Of a DNA stretch of 64,000 nucleotides, positions 22,745 through 35,194 are shown in pieces. The position numbers and the translations under genes were made by a program. The stretch's first letter is position 1; each line of letters begins with the position of its first letter. The notes beneath the pieces are model-generated. The model saw nothing but the letters and a program-made list of their open reading frames with translations, made no database searches and had not been told where the DNA came from. This DNA comes from Mobula hypostoma (taxonomy: Eukaryota). The DNA is taken from NCBI RefSeq assembly GCF_963921235.1, contig NC_086098.1:7254001-7318000 (forward strand). The letters run 5' to 3'.

Positions 22745-24510
22745 CTGTAAGGAGCTTGTACATTCTTCCCTTGAACCACGTGGGTTTCCTCTGGGTGCTT
22801 TATTTCCCTCCCACAGTCCAAAGGTGTACCAGTTAGTAAGTTAATTGGCCATTGAAAATTGTCTTGTTAGGATTAAATAGCCTAAATCATGGTAGGAGGG
22901 GGCACAGTAGCATAGTGGTTAGCACAATGCTTTACAGGACCGGCGACCTGTGTTCAATTCCCGTCACTGCCTGAAAGGAATTTGTACGTCCTCTCCATGG
23001 CTGTGTGGGTTCGCTCTGGTTTCCATCCACAGTCCAAAGACGTACCAGTTAATAGGTTAAATGCCATTTGTAAATGATCCCGTGACTGGGCTAGGATTAA
23101 ATCAAGGTACTGTTGAGTGGTGTGCCCTGTTCCACAGTGTATCTCAATAAATAAATAAACCGGAGTGTTCTGGGCGTTGCGACTCTTTGGACTGGAGAAA
23201 CCTGTTCCACTCTGTATCTCTAGCTGATGGATGGAATGACATGGCTTGTACTGAGATTGGCAACACCTGAATGTGCTGTATTTTACACTTGGTAATTTTA
23301 ATAATAAGGTGATATGACAGGGCAGCGTGGTAGTGTTGTGGCCAGTATAACACTTTACAATGCCTCCACCTGTAAGGAGTTTGTAGGTTCTCCCAGTGAC
23401 CACGTGTTTCCTCTGGGTGTTCCGGTTTCCTTCCGCATTCCAAAGGTGTACAGGGCAGGGTTCGTGCGTTGTGGGCAGAAGCATGGCGACACTTGCAGGC
23501 TCATAAACACAAGAGATTTTGCAAAAGAAGAAACACAAAATGCTGGACAACTCAGCCAGCCAGGCAGCAATAAAGGAGAGGACAATTAACGTTTCAGGCA
23601 GATACCTTTCACCAGGACACTTAGTACCTGCGAGAAAAGAAGAAGAGTTAACAATTTGGGTCGATGTCCTTCTAACCAGCAGAAACATTCTTTCCTCCTC
23701 TTCCTGCACAGTGAAGGAATAGTTTCCTACTTGAGTTTCAATCTACTCTCTAATTCACTCCTCTTTCACTGCATCTCCTCATGCAATTGTAGAGAATATT
23801 ACAGCTGCCTATTAATCTTTTCCCTTCCCTCCGTCCCGCAACATAGAAACTCCTTCCAGATGCATTTCTTTCACTCAGGCCAGCAAGGTCGCATAGCCGT
23901 TAGCATAGCATTAATACAGCACCAGCGATCGCTGATCAGGGTTCAATTCCCACTGCTGTCTGTCAGGAGCTCGTACACTCTCCTCGTGACTGCATGAGTT
24001 TCCTTTGCGCACTCTGGTTTCCTCCGAATGTTCGTGCTGGAAGTGTGGTGACTCTTGGGGTCTGCCCCCCAGCACAATGCTGACAGATTTGCTTTGACAC
24101 AAATGACACATTTCACTGCCTGTTCCAATGTTTCAGTGTGCATACATGTGACAAATAAAGCTACTCTTTTGCAAGTGGTACTGTAACATCGCAGCTGTTG
24201 CAATCACTTTTCAGCGTCAGCAATTACCGCTTGGAATTCAATTCCCGCCGCCGTCTGCAAGGAGCATACCCTTTCTCCCCGTGGGGTATGAATTTCCTCT
24301 GAGACCCCGGTTTCCCCCTGCATTGTAAAGATGTACAGGTTGGGATTAGTAAACTGTGGGCATTCTATGTTGGCACTGAAAGCATGGCGAGCCTTCCTGG
24401 CTGCACCCAGCAGACCCTCGGACTGCGTTGGTCGTTGATGCAAAATGGCATATTTCACTGTATGTTTCAATATTTCAATGTGCGTGTGACAAAATAAAAC
24501 TAGTCTTTAT
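22745..24510. mobile_element. Cluster of at least five V-SINE copies plus a Penelope relic (~23510-23878)
   Basis: V-domains at ~22745, 22900, 23320 and 23880 (full, with tail) and 24200. Confidence 0.75.
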
Positions 24511-24737
24511 TTGGTGTTCACAGTTTGATTGTGAAAACTGTCAAAATATTGACTCTGCCTCTCGTAATATTTCAAGCCTTATCTGCTTTTAATTTGACAT
24601 CTTTAGTATCTGCAGTTTTTGGTTTTTAATCACAATTCTCAACGTATTGGTTGATAAAGTGAATTTTCTCAGGAGGAATGAGTGGGACATGTGCTGACAT
24701 CTTCGCCGCTCGTGTCTCACTTTCTCTTCCTCAATCA

Positions 24738-25475
24738 CAAATGCAAGAGATTCTGCAGGTGCTGGAAATCCAGAGAAACACACATAAATGTTGGAGGAAC
24801 TCAGCAGGTTGGGCAGCACCTATTGAAATGAATAAACAGTTGATGTTTCAGACCAAGACCATTCATCAGGACTGGAAAGGACAGGGGAAGATGTCAGAAT
24901 AAAAAGGTTGGGGGAAGGGAAGGGAAGGAGGCTAGCTAGAAGATGATAAACGAGGCCAGCTGGGGACTGGGGAAAGGGGATAGATAGAAGGTGACAGGTG
25001 AAGCCAGGAGGGTTGGAAAGGAGCACTGGAGAGGAAGGAATCTGATAGGAGAGGAGAGTGGAGTATAGGAGAAAGGGAAGGAGGGTCATGGGGGAAGTAC
25101 TGCGAAGAGGTGAAAGGTCAGAGTGGGGAATAGAAGAAGTGGGGTGGGGGAGAGAAGAAAAGCTTACTGGAAGGAGAAATCAATGTACAAACCAACTTAG
25201 AGGCTACCAAGATGGAATATGAGATGTTGCTCCTCCACCCTGAGGGCGACATCAGTGTGTCATGGACCGACATGTCAGAACAGGAATGGGGATAGGAATT
25301 AGTCTGGTTAGCCACCAGGAAATTCTGGAGCAGAGGTGTTTGACACAACGATCATCTTCCCCCTTCCTTTCCAGTCCTGATGAAGCGTCTCAGCCTAAAA
25401 TGTTGACTGTTTGGTCATTTCCATAGATGCTGCCTGACCTGCTGATTTCCTCCAGCATTATGCGTGTGTTGCTAT
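24738..25475. mobile_element. Penelope 3' end (-) joined to an inverted pseudo-LTR (+), two decayed hammerheads
   Basis: Minus CAGTCCTGATGAATGGTCTTGGTCTGAAACATCAACTG (~24837-24874); plus CAGTCCTGATGAAGCGTCTCAGCCTAAAATGTTGACTG (~25372-25409); GIY-YIG C-terminal remnant. Confidence 0.8.
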
Positions 25476-26081
25476 TCCTCAGTCGTTTATGTACACGGAC
25501 CAACTGGACGTCCATATAGTTCTTGTTTATATTGTTTAACATGGGTGTTACCTGGATTGCACCTTTGCTCATTCAACAGACCATTTTAGACCATACCAAA
25601 CGGTTCAAATTGTTCAATTTAATATCAGAGAATGTGTACAGCGTACAACCTGAAATTCTTACTCTTCACAGAAACCAAGGGTGTTCCAGCTCAGCTTTCC
25701 TTTGAAGCCTGTTTAGTTTATGATCTTCTGGTAATGGTGGAATGAGGAATGTCCTGCAGGTTGCAGAGCTGCTGATCCCATGGCGGTTTTGAGTTGACAG
25801 CTGTGTTTTCTTGCACTTCCTCCCTGATGGTAGTAATGAGAGGAGGTCACATCCCAGATAGTGAGGGTCTGTGGTGATGGGTGCCACTTATCTGAGGCAC
25901 CGCCTTTTGAAGATGTCCTCAGTTCTGCGGAGATGGAGCACACTGAGTCGATAACCTTCCGCCGTCTCGCTCGATCCTCTTTGTTGGAGCCTCCACACCT
26001 GACAGTGACTCAACCAGTTAGAATGCACCCCACTGCAAGGTTGTGGATATTGCTGGCTTGGCACTTAAAATGAGATTAAAG

Positions 26082-26161
26082 CAGGAGTTCCCAACCTTTT
26101 TTATGCTATAGAGCAATAACATTATGCAAAGGGTCCTTGGACCTCAGGAGGGGAACCCCTG
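26082..26161. mobile_element. 80-bp hAT-type MITE
   Basis: TIR CAGGAGTTCCC / GGGAACCCCTG; 8-bp TSD GATTAAAG/GATTAAAA; related copy at 38426-38484. Confidence 0.7.
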
Positions 26162-28714
26162 GATTAAAATCTATGATGTTATGTGACTAGCATAAAACAT
26201 AGACCATCACAACACTGCAACAGGCCCTTCAGCCCACAATATTATGCAGAACAAACTAACCTTCCTTCCTAAGTCCATCGCCCTTCATTATCTCCATATC
26301 CATGTGCCTATCAACAAGACTCTTAAATGCTTCTGTTGTATTTTTCTCCACTGTCAGCCCAGAATTGCAATCCAGGCACCCACCGTGATACAACACCGGA
26401 CGGCACGGGAGGTCGTTCCTGCCTGTGGCCATCGAACTTGCAGCTCCTCCCGTGGAGGGTCAGACACCCTGAGCCAATAGACTGGTCCTGGACTTATTTT
26501 CCATCTGGCATAGTTTTGCATTTTGTTGTTTGATTGTTGGGGTTTTTTGTATTGCTATATTTATGCTCTATTCTTGGTTGGTGCGGCTGTAAAGAAACCC
26601 AATTTCCCTCGGGATCAATAAGGTATATCTATCTATCTATTTACCATTCTCTGCATAAAAAAACTTGCCCCACACATCTGCGTTGTACCGTCTCCCCTCT
26701 CACCGTAAACTAAGGGAAGTTTGGATAAGTACATGGATGGGTGAGATTCTTGGCATAATTTACATATTACTATTTAACTATTTATGGTTTTATTACTATT
26801 TAATTATTTATGGTGCAACTGTAACGAAAAACAATTTCCCCCGGGATCAATAAAGTATGACTATGACTATGACTATGACTAGTGCAATACATAAAATTAT
26901 TACAATACTGTGCAAAAGTCTTAGGAACCCAAGCTACTGTATATATATATATATATATACACACATACATATGTGCCTAAGATATTTGTGCAGTACTGTA
27001 TATGTACTTTGATAATAAATTTACTTTGAACTTTTGAACACTAGAAACACACAGAAGAACGATTTGAATCCAATGGATAAGTGAATGTTTTAGGAGCAAA
27101 GGACGTCATTGGAACTGGAAAAGAAAAGATGAAAGATGAACAAGCTCTTTAATCGAATGGGAACAAAGGGTGCAGATGGTGGGGCAGAGCGACGTCTTAT
27201 GTAACCTGGTTAAGAAACACAAGAGGCAAAGATGAGTGGGTTGATATGGGGTGGAAATTAAAGCCAAGAGAGGAACAAAGCCCTGTGAGTCACGAAAGCA
27301 GTGTGAGGTAACCGAAGAATAGATCTGCAGCCTGTAGATCATATCAGAAACTGAAACAGAAAGAGCCGGCAAAAGTAGGATACAGTCCATTTGCTCTAAA
27401 GAAAAGAAAGGCAGTCCCACAGGAACGGGCTAAGCTCTGCCATTAGTATCGCTACTCAGCCCTTTTGAGGAGGTTCAAAGGATGATTTGTAAAAGCAAGT
27501 TGAGATTGCTGCTTTTCTTTCGTTCTCAGTAACGAAGTCATACTCAGTGCCATCAGACACTTAAAACCTGTACATTGCTGCTGTTCTTCGGAACAGGTAA
27601 AAAAACGATTGCACAAAAAAAAACACAGTTAAGGCAAGCCGTTTCACAGCCAATGTTCCTGATTTATACTTCCCTGATAGGAACTTGCAAAAATCAGTCT
27701 GCTCAGTAATCATCAGAATCCAAGGGATCATTACTTTCTGGATAATTCTACCAGGCATTTAATGGTTTGGAACAAAATTCAGAATGTAACTCAACTAAAA
27801 TCTCTGGTCGTAATTTCATTAGATGATCAGCCAGTCAACTCTGGCCTTAGGTGACGTCTTATTCTGTTGGAAATCAAAGCAAGATTCCTGAAGTGATAAC
27901 TCTTTTGTGTCAGCATAGAGGAGGATTTAGTTCTGTGAGATTGTTTGCCACAGTGGCAATGGATTCCTTTATTGAATACCGCGCACCCAGCACTCTGTTA
28001 TGTGAATTCTTGGGTGACTGATTCATTCTGATGTAGACTTTGCTGCACTGTAAACACTTGCTGGCATCTTAGAGATCCTTGTTGGTGTTCAAACAGAATT
28101 AATTTGATGTCAGACAAGATTAAACTGGGTTAACCAGTGAATGTCAAGTAACACTGCAAGTAACAAAAGCTGGTTAAAATACCCAGGACCTGAACACAAA
28201 AAGAAATCTTTCACGATCGTTGTCTCTAAAGTTAACTGAGTACATGTTCTCAGATTATAACCAAACTTGTTGGCTTTTTGTAACAATATTACAGTGTTCA
28301 AATCCAAATATATTCAACAAAATGTGATGTTTAAAAAAGTAGCTTTATGCCTTGACAGGAAGATAGTGTGAACAAACAATAGCCTTTAACAAGAATAAGA
28401 GAACAATCTAGAATATGATTCCCCTCTCCCTGCCCCTTTCCCACTCTCAGTCCACAATGGAGACCCATATCAGAATCAGGTTTATCATCACCCAAATATG
28501 TCATGAATTTATTTTTCACAGCAGCAGTACAGTGCAATATGTAAAATTACTACAGTACAGTGCTAAAGTCTGAGGCACCCTAGCTATACATGTTTGTGTG
28601 TGTATGCTTAAGTCTTTAGCACAGTACTGTATTTGAGCAGACAGAAATTGTCTCCACCGGAGCAGACCATGCTGGGGAAGCAACTTCTCTTAAATAATCA
28701 GTCAAAATCAAATG

Positions 28715-29025
28715 ACCATAAGAACATAAAACCATAAGACCTAAAAGCAGAATTAGGCCATTCATCCCATCTAGTCTGCTCCATCATTCCATCTGATAGA
28801 CTTGTTATCCCTCTCAAAACCATTCTCTGCCTTCTCCCTGTAACCTTTGATGTCCTGATAAATCAAGAATCTATCAATCTCCACTTTAAATATGCCCAAT
28901 GATGTGGCCTCCACAGCCGTCCATGGCAGTGAATTCTACAGATTCACCACCCTCTGGCTAAAGAAATTCCTCCTCATCTCTTTCTAAAGGGATGTCCCAC
29001 ACTTCTGACGCCGCGCCCTCTGGTG
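28715..29025 (-). mobile_element. CR1 3' end
   Basis: (ACCATAAG)n tail and AATTCTACAGATTCACCACCCTCTGGCTAAAGAAATTCC. Confidence 0.8.
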
Positions 29026-30140
29026 GAGCAGGGTCAACGTGCTGAGCGGCCTCATTCCTCTCCCAATGATCTTAAGAATCCACTCCCCCTCTAAACCATT
29101 CCTCCGTGAAATTTGTGCTATAGTGTCTTCTTCTTAGTTTATTTCTTATTGCCTCAAATCACCTGAAAGCTCAGGATGGGTTAGTGTCAAGCTGGCAGCA
29201 TGAAAGCCCAGCAATTTACGCAGTGCTTGACGGCCCCGGCGATTACTGATTGTGCTTCAATTCACGAGGCTCTCTAAGCAGATTGTACCTTCTCTGTAGG
29301 CATTCTATGTTGGCACCAGAGGCGTGGTGACACTTGCAGCTGACCTAATATAGTTCTGAAACTGTGTTGGTCCTTGATGCAAACAATTTATTCCACTGTA
29401 CATTTCGATGTTTTGATGTACATGTGACAAAAACTGTGAATCTTTCTTTTTTTCTAAATCTTGTGGGTGATGTGGGAAAGTCAGTGCTGTCATGATGATT
29501 GGGTGTTCGTCGTATCTGATGATAACATTTGGAACCTGTGCGGGATAGTTTTTAATGTAGAAAAATATTACATTGTATGCTGTGGAAGGGAACAGAAGAG
29601 ACAATTGCAGTACTGTTACTGCTGTACTGAGAGTATGAAATGCTGATGGACAGTCTGCTAATGAGATTCTCTTTAATATCCCACACTGCTGATGGTTTTC
29701 AAACTGATAAGACCAAAAAATGTTTTACTAAATTTTGAAAAATGAAATCATCCAATGAAGACACCGAAAAAGTGAAGAAATCATAAATATGAGCAGATGA
29801 ATTAGAGGATATGCCCTGTGTGATATCTGAAAGGTTTAATATTAAGATGAAGATGAAGATCATCAAGGACTCCTTCCACTCAGGTGACTCTCTCTTCTCA
29901 CTGCTGCTATCAGGACGGTACAGGAGCTTCAGGGCTCATGCCACCAGGTTCAAGAACAGTTATTACCCCTCTTGACTTCACTTCATCATTCAACTATGAT
30001 GATTAACTTTATTTGTCACACGTATATTGAAACATTCGAACACACATTGTTTGCACCAAAGATGTGCTGGAACAGCTTACAATTGCCTCCACACTTCCAG
30101 TGCCAACATAACATGCCCACACAAAATTCTCGAATTTTTG

Positions 30141-30447
30141 AGGGCATGTGGCCAAGTGGTTAAGGCATTCGACTAGCCACCTGAAGGTCGTGAGTTCGAG
30201 CCCCAGCCGAGGCAGTGTGTTGTGTCCTTGAGCAAGGCACTTAACCACACTTTGCTCTGCGACAACACCAGTGCCAAGCTGTATCGGGCCTTGCCCTTCC
30301 CTTGGACAATATCGGTGTCGTGGAGAGGGGAGACTTACAGCATGGGCAACTGCCAGTCTTCCATACAACCTTGCCCAGGCTTGCACCCTGGAGAGTGAAG
30401 ACTTTCCAGGCGCAGATCCATGGTCTCGCAAGACTAACGGATGCCTT
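30141..30447 (+). mobile_element. tRNA-head/CORE-like SINE with a family-D-related tail, nested in a V-SINE
   Basis: A box TGGCCAAGTGG, B box GAGTTCGAGCC, CORE-like GTGTCCTTGAGCAAGGCACTTAACC. Other copies at 33255-33568 and 63383-63691. Confidence 0.8.
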
Positions 30448-30714
30448 ACATGCCAACAACTTACTAACTCTAACTCGTGTCTCTTTGGAATGTTGCAGGA
30501 AAATGGAGCACTCAGAGATGGCTCACACAGTCATGGGGAGAATGTATGAACTCCTTACAGGCAGCAGTGAGAACGGAACCCCAGTCTTTCAGCTGGTCCT
30601 ATAAAGCATTGCACTAACTATGATGCTATCATGCTGTCTCTTCATATGTGATTTACTAAGAGGTTGATTAATTGTAAGGAGACTGGACAAGGGAAAGAAA
30701 GCAGGTTGTCCTTC

Positions 30715-30905
30715 TGAAACAATACACACAAAATGCTGGAGAAACTCAGTAGGTCAGGCAGCATCCATGTAAACAAATAAACAGTTAATGACAGGATCAA
30801 AATGTCAATTGTTTATTCGTTTCCATAGACACTGCCTTACCTACTGAGTTCCTCCAGCATTTTGTGTGTGTTACTCTGAATTTCCAGCATCTGCGAATCT
30901 CCTAT
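30715..30905. mobile_element. Penelope-derived fold-back element
   Basis: ACACACAAAATGCTGGAGAAACTCAGTAGG ... CCTACTGAGTTCCTCCAGCATTTTGTGTGT inverted arms. Confidence 0.75.
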
Positions 30906-31029
30906 GTGCATGTTATGCTCCTGGAGTAGAGAAATTTGTTTCCTCTGGTCACTTGCAAGTCTAGCTTTCTGATTTGGCAACCCTAGATGAGACAAACGAT
31001 TTTGTCCAGGTTAGAAGGGGAGTCAGGCG

Positions 31030-31176
31030 CCCTCCCCCTCCCACTTTCAAATCTCTTACTAGCTCTCCTTTCAGTTAGTCCTGATGAAGGGTCTCGGCCC
31101 GAAACGTCGACTGTACCTCTTCCAATAGATGCTGCCTGGCCTGCTGTGTTCCACCAGCAATTTTTAAGTGTGTTGC
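31030..31176 (+). mobile_element. Solo Penelope pseudo-LTR, 147 bp
   Basis: 11-bp TSD GGAGTCAGGCG at 31019-31029 and 31177-31187. Confidence 0.9.
31076..31113 (+). ncRNA. Minimal type-I hammerhead ribozyme (intact core)
   Basis: Helix I UAGUC/GACUG; CUGAUGA 31081-87; extra A; helix II GGGU-CUCG-GCCC; GAAA 31101-04; palindromic ACGU helix III; predicted GUC cleavage after 31108. Confidence 0.8.
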
Positions 31177-32424
31177 GGAGTCAGGCGAGGTTGTGTTCTC
31201 TTGCCCAACCCACTCAACCTTTATGGTAGGAAGATTCTAAGAGAAATTAACAGTATTCCAGATTTGATAGTTGGTGGATACAATCTGAGCAATCTATGAT
31301 ATGCAGACAACACAGTGCTGATAGTTACTTCTAAAGAGGGGCTTCAGGAAAGATGTTGAAGTCATTGAAGAACGTGCAGAGAGGATTGACCATCAACTGC
31401 AAGAAGACCGATTGGATGGTTATCACAAAGAAGATAGAAATACAGAAATGCAAACTGAAAGAGGGCAACAAAACAATTGAACAAACATGGAAGTTCAACT
31501 GCTTGGGGAGCATGAGAACATCTGATGGTAGGGCAGATGTCAGGATTGGAATAGCTAAATGCACGTTCGAGCATTTGAACAAGGTACTGTGGAATAATAT
31601 AGCTTCTATGGGTGACAGCGTTGGAGTGTTGCAGTGCTACGGTCATTCTACACTAACATATGGGAGCACATGTTGGACAATATCAAATCAAAATGAGGGA
31701 AGATCTGAGGCTGCAGAAAGAGGTTTTTGGGAGGAATGGTGAAGATATCATGGAAGGACGGAGTAACAAGCTGAGGAAGTGTTGTGAAAGGCCGGAATAA
31801 GAAGAGAACTGGCATCATCAAACAGGAAAAAGCAGCTGGAATTTCTAGGAAATGTACTGAGGAAGGAGAAGCTTGAAAGTCTTGCAGTATCGGGGAAAAT
31901 AGATGGAACAAAATGTCGCAGTCGACAACGCATGCATTATATTCATATGTTACATCAAGGGATGGACAGGCAAAAGTTTTGAAGAGCTTATTTGAACTTC
32001 TCAGATTAAAAATAAATGGAAGACCATGATCACCCCGTTACACAACATGGCACATAACGATGATGAATGACGTTTCTGAGATTCCCTCAAAATCCACTTC
32101 TCAAATTGAGAAGGATTTTTTCATTCATAATGATTGCCAAAAATACCATTTTAGTGCACATTAACATGGAATTTTTGGTAGAATTCTAGATTGCCTAGAA
32201 AACTGAGTGTTAACATTGTTTATATTGAAAGGGACCAAAGGACAGTTGACAATCAGCAGGGTCCTTTACATTGAGACGTATGGTAGGCCTTCCATAACAC
32301 AAAGGGAGAAAAGGAGGGTTGTTATAAATAATCAAGAGTTGAATAACAGAGAACCTATTCAGTCAAGGCTAGGGAAGTGAGAATTCTACTATCAGTCAGT
32401 CAACGTACTTATCGAAGTATGTAG

Positions 32425-32976
32425 GACGATGACATCTGCCGGACGATGCTGAGGATGTTCTACGAGTCTGAGGTGGCCAGTGCTATCATTTTTGCTGTTG
32501 TGTGCTGGGGCAGCGGGCTGAGGGTAGCAGACACCAACAGAATCAACAAACTCATTCGTAAGGCCAGTGATGTTGTGGGGATGGAACTGGACTCTCTGAC
32601 GGTGGTGTCTGAAAAGAGGATGCTGTCTAAGTTGCATGCCATCTTGGTCAATGTCTCCCATCCACTACATAATGTACTGGGTGGGCACAGGAGTACATTC
32701 AACCAGAGACTCATTCCACTGAGATGCAACACTGAGCGTCATAGGAAGTCATTCCTGCCTGTGGCCATCAAACTTTACAGCTCCTCCCTTGGAGGGTCAG
32801 ACACCCTGTGCCGATAGGCTGGTCCTGGACTTATTTCATAATTTACTGGCATAAGTTACATATTACTATTTAACTATTTATGGTTCTATTACTATTTATT
32901 ATTTATGGTGCAACTGTAACGAAAACCAATTTCCCCCTGGGATCAATAAAGTATGACTATGACTATGACTATGACT
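32425..32976 (+). mobile_element. Rex1/Babar-type LINE 3' end with (GACTAT)n tail
   Basis: MLRMFYESEVASAIIFAVVCWGSG...RINKLIRKASDVVG...HPLH...TERHRKSFLPVAIKLYSSS. Related pieces at ~26385-26880. Confidence 0.9.
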
Positions 32977-32977
32977 A

Positions 32978-33845
32978 ATGTACAATCATTGGCCACTTTA
33001 TTAGTTACCTCCTGTACCTAGTAAAATAGCCTGAGAGTGTATGGTGCTGCCAAACTTCAAAGTTTGAAGTGTTGTGCACTCAGAGATGTTATTCTGTACA
33101 CCACTGTTGTAACCCATGTTTATTTAAATTACTGTCGTCTTCCTGTCAACTTGAACCCATCTTCCATTCAACTTTGACCTTTCTCATTCACAAGGTATTT
33201 TCGACCATAGAACTACCACTCACTGAATGTTTTTTTTTTGTATTTCATACTAAGTAAAGGCATCCATTAGTCTTGCGAGACCATGGATCTGCGCCTGGAA
33301 AGTCTTCACTCTCCAGGGTGCAGGCCTGGGCAAGGTTGTATGGAAGACCAGCAGTTGCCCATGCTGCAAGTCTCACCTCTCCACGACACCAATGTTGTCC
33401 AAGGGAAGGGCATTAGGACTCATACAGCTTGGCATCAGTGTCGTCGCAGAGCAATGTGTGATTAAGTGCCTTGCTCAAGGACACAACACGTTCCCTCGGC
33501 TGGGGCTCGAACTCACAACCTTCAGGTCACTAGTCCAATGCCTTATCCACTTGTCTGCATGCCCACACCTTTTCATAGTATTCTCTATAAAACCTAGAGA
33601 CTGTTGTGCATGAAAACCCCAGGAGATTAGTTTCTCAGATACTCAAACCACCCTGTCTGGCACCAACAAATATTTCACGGTCAAAATCACATTTCTTCCC
33701 CATTCTGATATTTGGTCTGAGCAGCAACTGAATCTCCTGACCATGTCTGCGTGTTTTTATGCATTGGGTTGCTGCTATGTGATTAGCTGATTAGATATTG
33801 GCATTAATGAGAAGGTGTACAGGTGTATCTAATGAAGTGACGTGA
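32978..33845 (-). mobile_element. Tc1-like non-autonomous transposon with a SINE insertion (33255-33568)
   Basis: TIR-like TGGCCACTTTATTAG; colinear with 34060-34572 and 48853-49197. Confidence 0.75.
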
Positions 33846-33866
33846 AAAACAAAACATTGAATGTAT

Positions 33867-34058
33867 CTGTAGGAAGAGGTGCAGTCGACGTTTCAGGCCG
33901 AGACCCTTTGTCAGGACTGACCCTGAGTCCTGACGAAGTTCTCGGCCTGAAACGTCGACTGCACCTCTTCCTACAGATGCTGCCTGGCCTGCTGCGTTCA
34001 CCAGCAACTTTGATGTGTGTTGCTTGAATTTCCAGCATCTGCAGAATTCCTGTTGTTT
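33867..34058. mobile_element. Penelope pseudo-LTR insertion with inverted partial copy (two opposed hammerheads)
   Basis: 13-bp TSD ACATTGAATGTAT (33854-33866 / 34059-34071); near-perfect palindrome 33865-33978. Confidence 0.9.
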
Positions 34059-34059
34059 A

Positions 34060-34572
34060 CATTGAATGTATGTTTGTGGTCTTTTGCTGCAGTGGCCCAT
34101 CCACTTCACGGTTCGACATGCTGCGTATTCGGAGAAGCTCTTCTGCACGCCATCAATGTAACGCATGGTTATTTGAGTTACTTTTACCTTCCTGTTAGCT
34201 TAAACCAGTCTGGACATTCTCCTCTGACCTCTCTCATTAACAAGGCATTTTTCCCCACAGAACTACCACTCACTAGATGTTTTTTTTTCTGTTTTTCAAA
34301 CCATTCTCTGTAAACTCTAGAAACTGTTGTGTGTGAAAATCCCAGGAGATCAGTAGTTTCTGAGATACTCAAGCCACCCGTCCATGGTCAAAGTCACTTA
34401 GATCACATTTCTTCTCCATCCTAATGTTTGATCTGAACAACAACTGAGTCTCTTGAGAATGTCTCCATGTTTTTATGCATTGAGGTGCTGCCACGTGATT
34501 GGCTGATTAGATATTTACATTAACGAGCAGGTGCCACAGGTGTATCTAATAAAGTGGCCACTTGGTGGATAT
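34060..34572 (-). mobile_element. Tc1-like non-autonomous transposon
   Basis: ORF 34184-34372 SISETTDLLGFSHTTVSRVYREW (Tc1 paired-like HTH); terminus CTAATAAAGTGGCCAC. Confidence 0.85.
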
Positions 34573-35194
34573 GTCACCATCTATGTATTCCCTTGCAATT
34601 CGGTTTCTCAAAGGCATTTACAGGAAAATGAAGAAACATGTCACCATCTGAAACATGCTCTCTTCTCGTTACTACCATCAGGGAGAGGTTCAAGAGCCTG
34701 AAGACCCAAGCTCGATGTTTTAGTAATAGTTTCTTCTTTGTTACCATCAGATTCCTGAACGGTCCATGAAGCCATGAATCCTTCCTCATTTTCTACTACT
34801 TTGTTCTGTTTATTATTTGTTGTAATCTATAGATTGTTACGTTGTTACCCTGTAACTCTGCTGTGAAACAACAGATTTCAGGTTATACGTCAGGGAGAAT
34901 AAATGTGATTCTGATTATACTAAAAATATATTAAATATCTAAATCAACCTCCCCAACCGTCTGGTATTTCCAGCTCTCACCTCCCAGGTTCCCAGTTTGT
35001 CATCGCCCCTTCCCCACTCAGATAGCTTCATCTATCCTTTTTTTTCTGTTTTGAAGAGCTTATTAGCTTATTAAATACAGATGGAAGACCATGATCGCCC
35101 ATGTCATATGACACAGCTCATAATGCCGACGACGATGATTGAGATTTCCCAAATAATTAATTATTGATAAATATATGCTAATGATGCCATAGTT

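Larger units (their letters stand above)
30975..32070 (+). mobile_element. RTE-clade LINE RT to 3' end (decayed)
   Basis: RRGVR.GCVL split by a Penelope insertion; YADNTVLI; GLTINCKKT; IRIGIAK-like; tail CATGGCACATAACGATGATG. Confidence 0.8.

Noticed and set aside
22954..23709. 251-aa minus-strand ORF
   Set aside because: Runs across antisense V-SINEs and a Penelope relic; no domain features.
30141..30215. tRNA gene
   Set aside because: A/B boxes continue into SINE body sequence in several copies; these are SINE heads.
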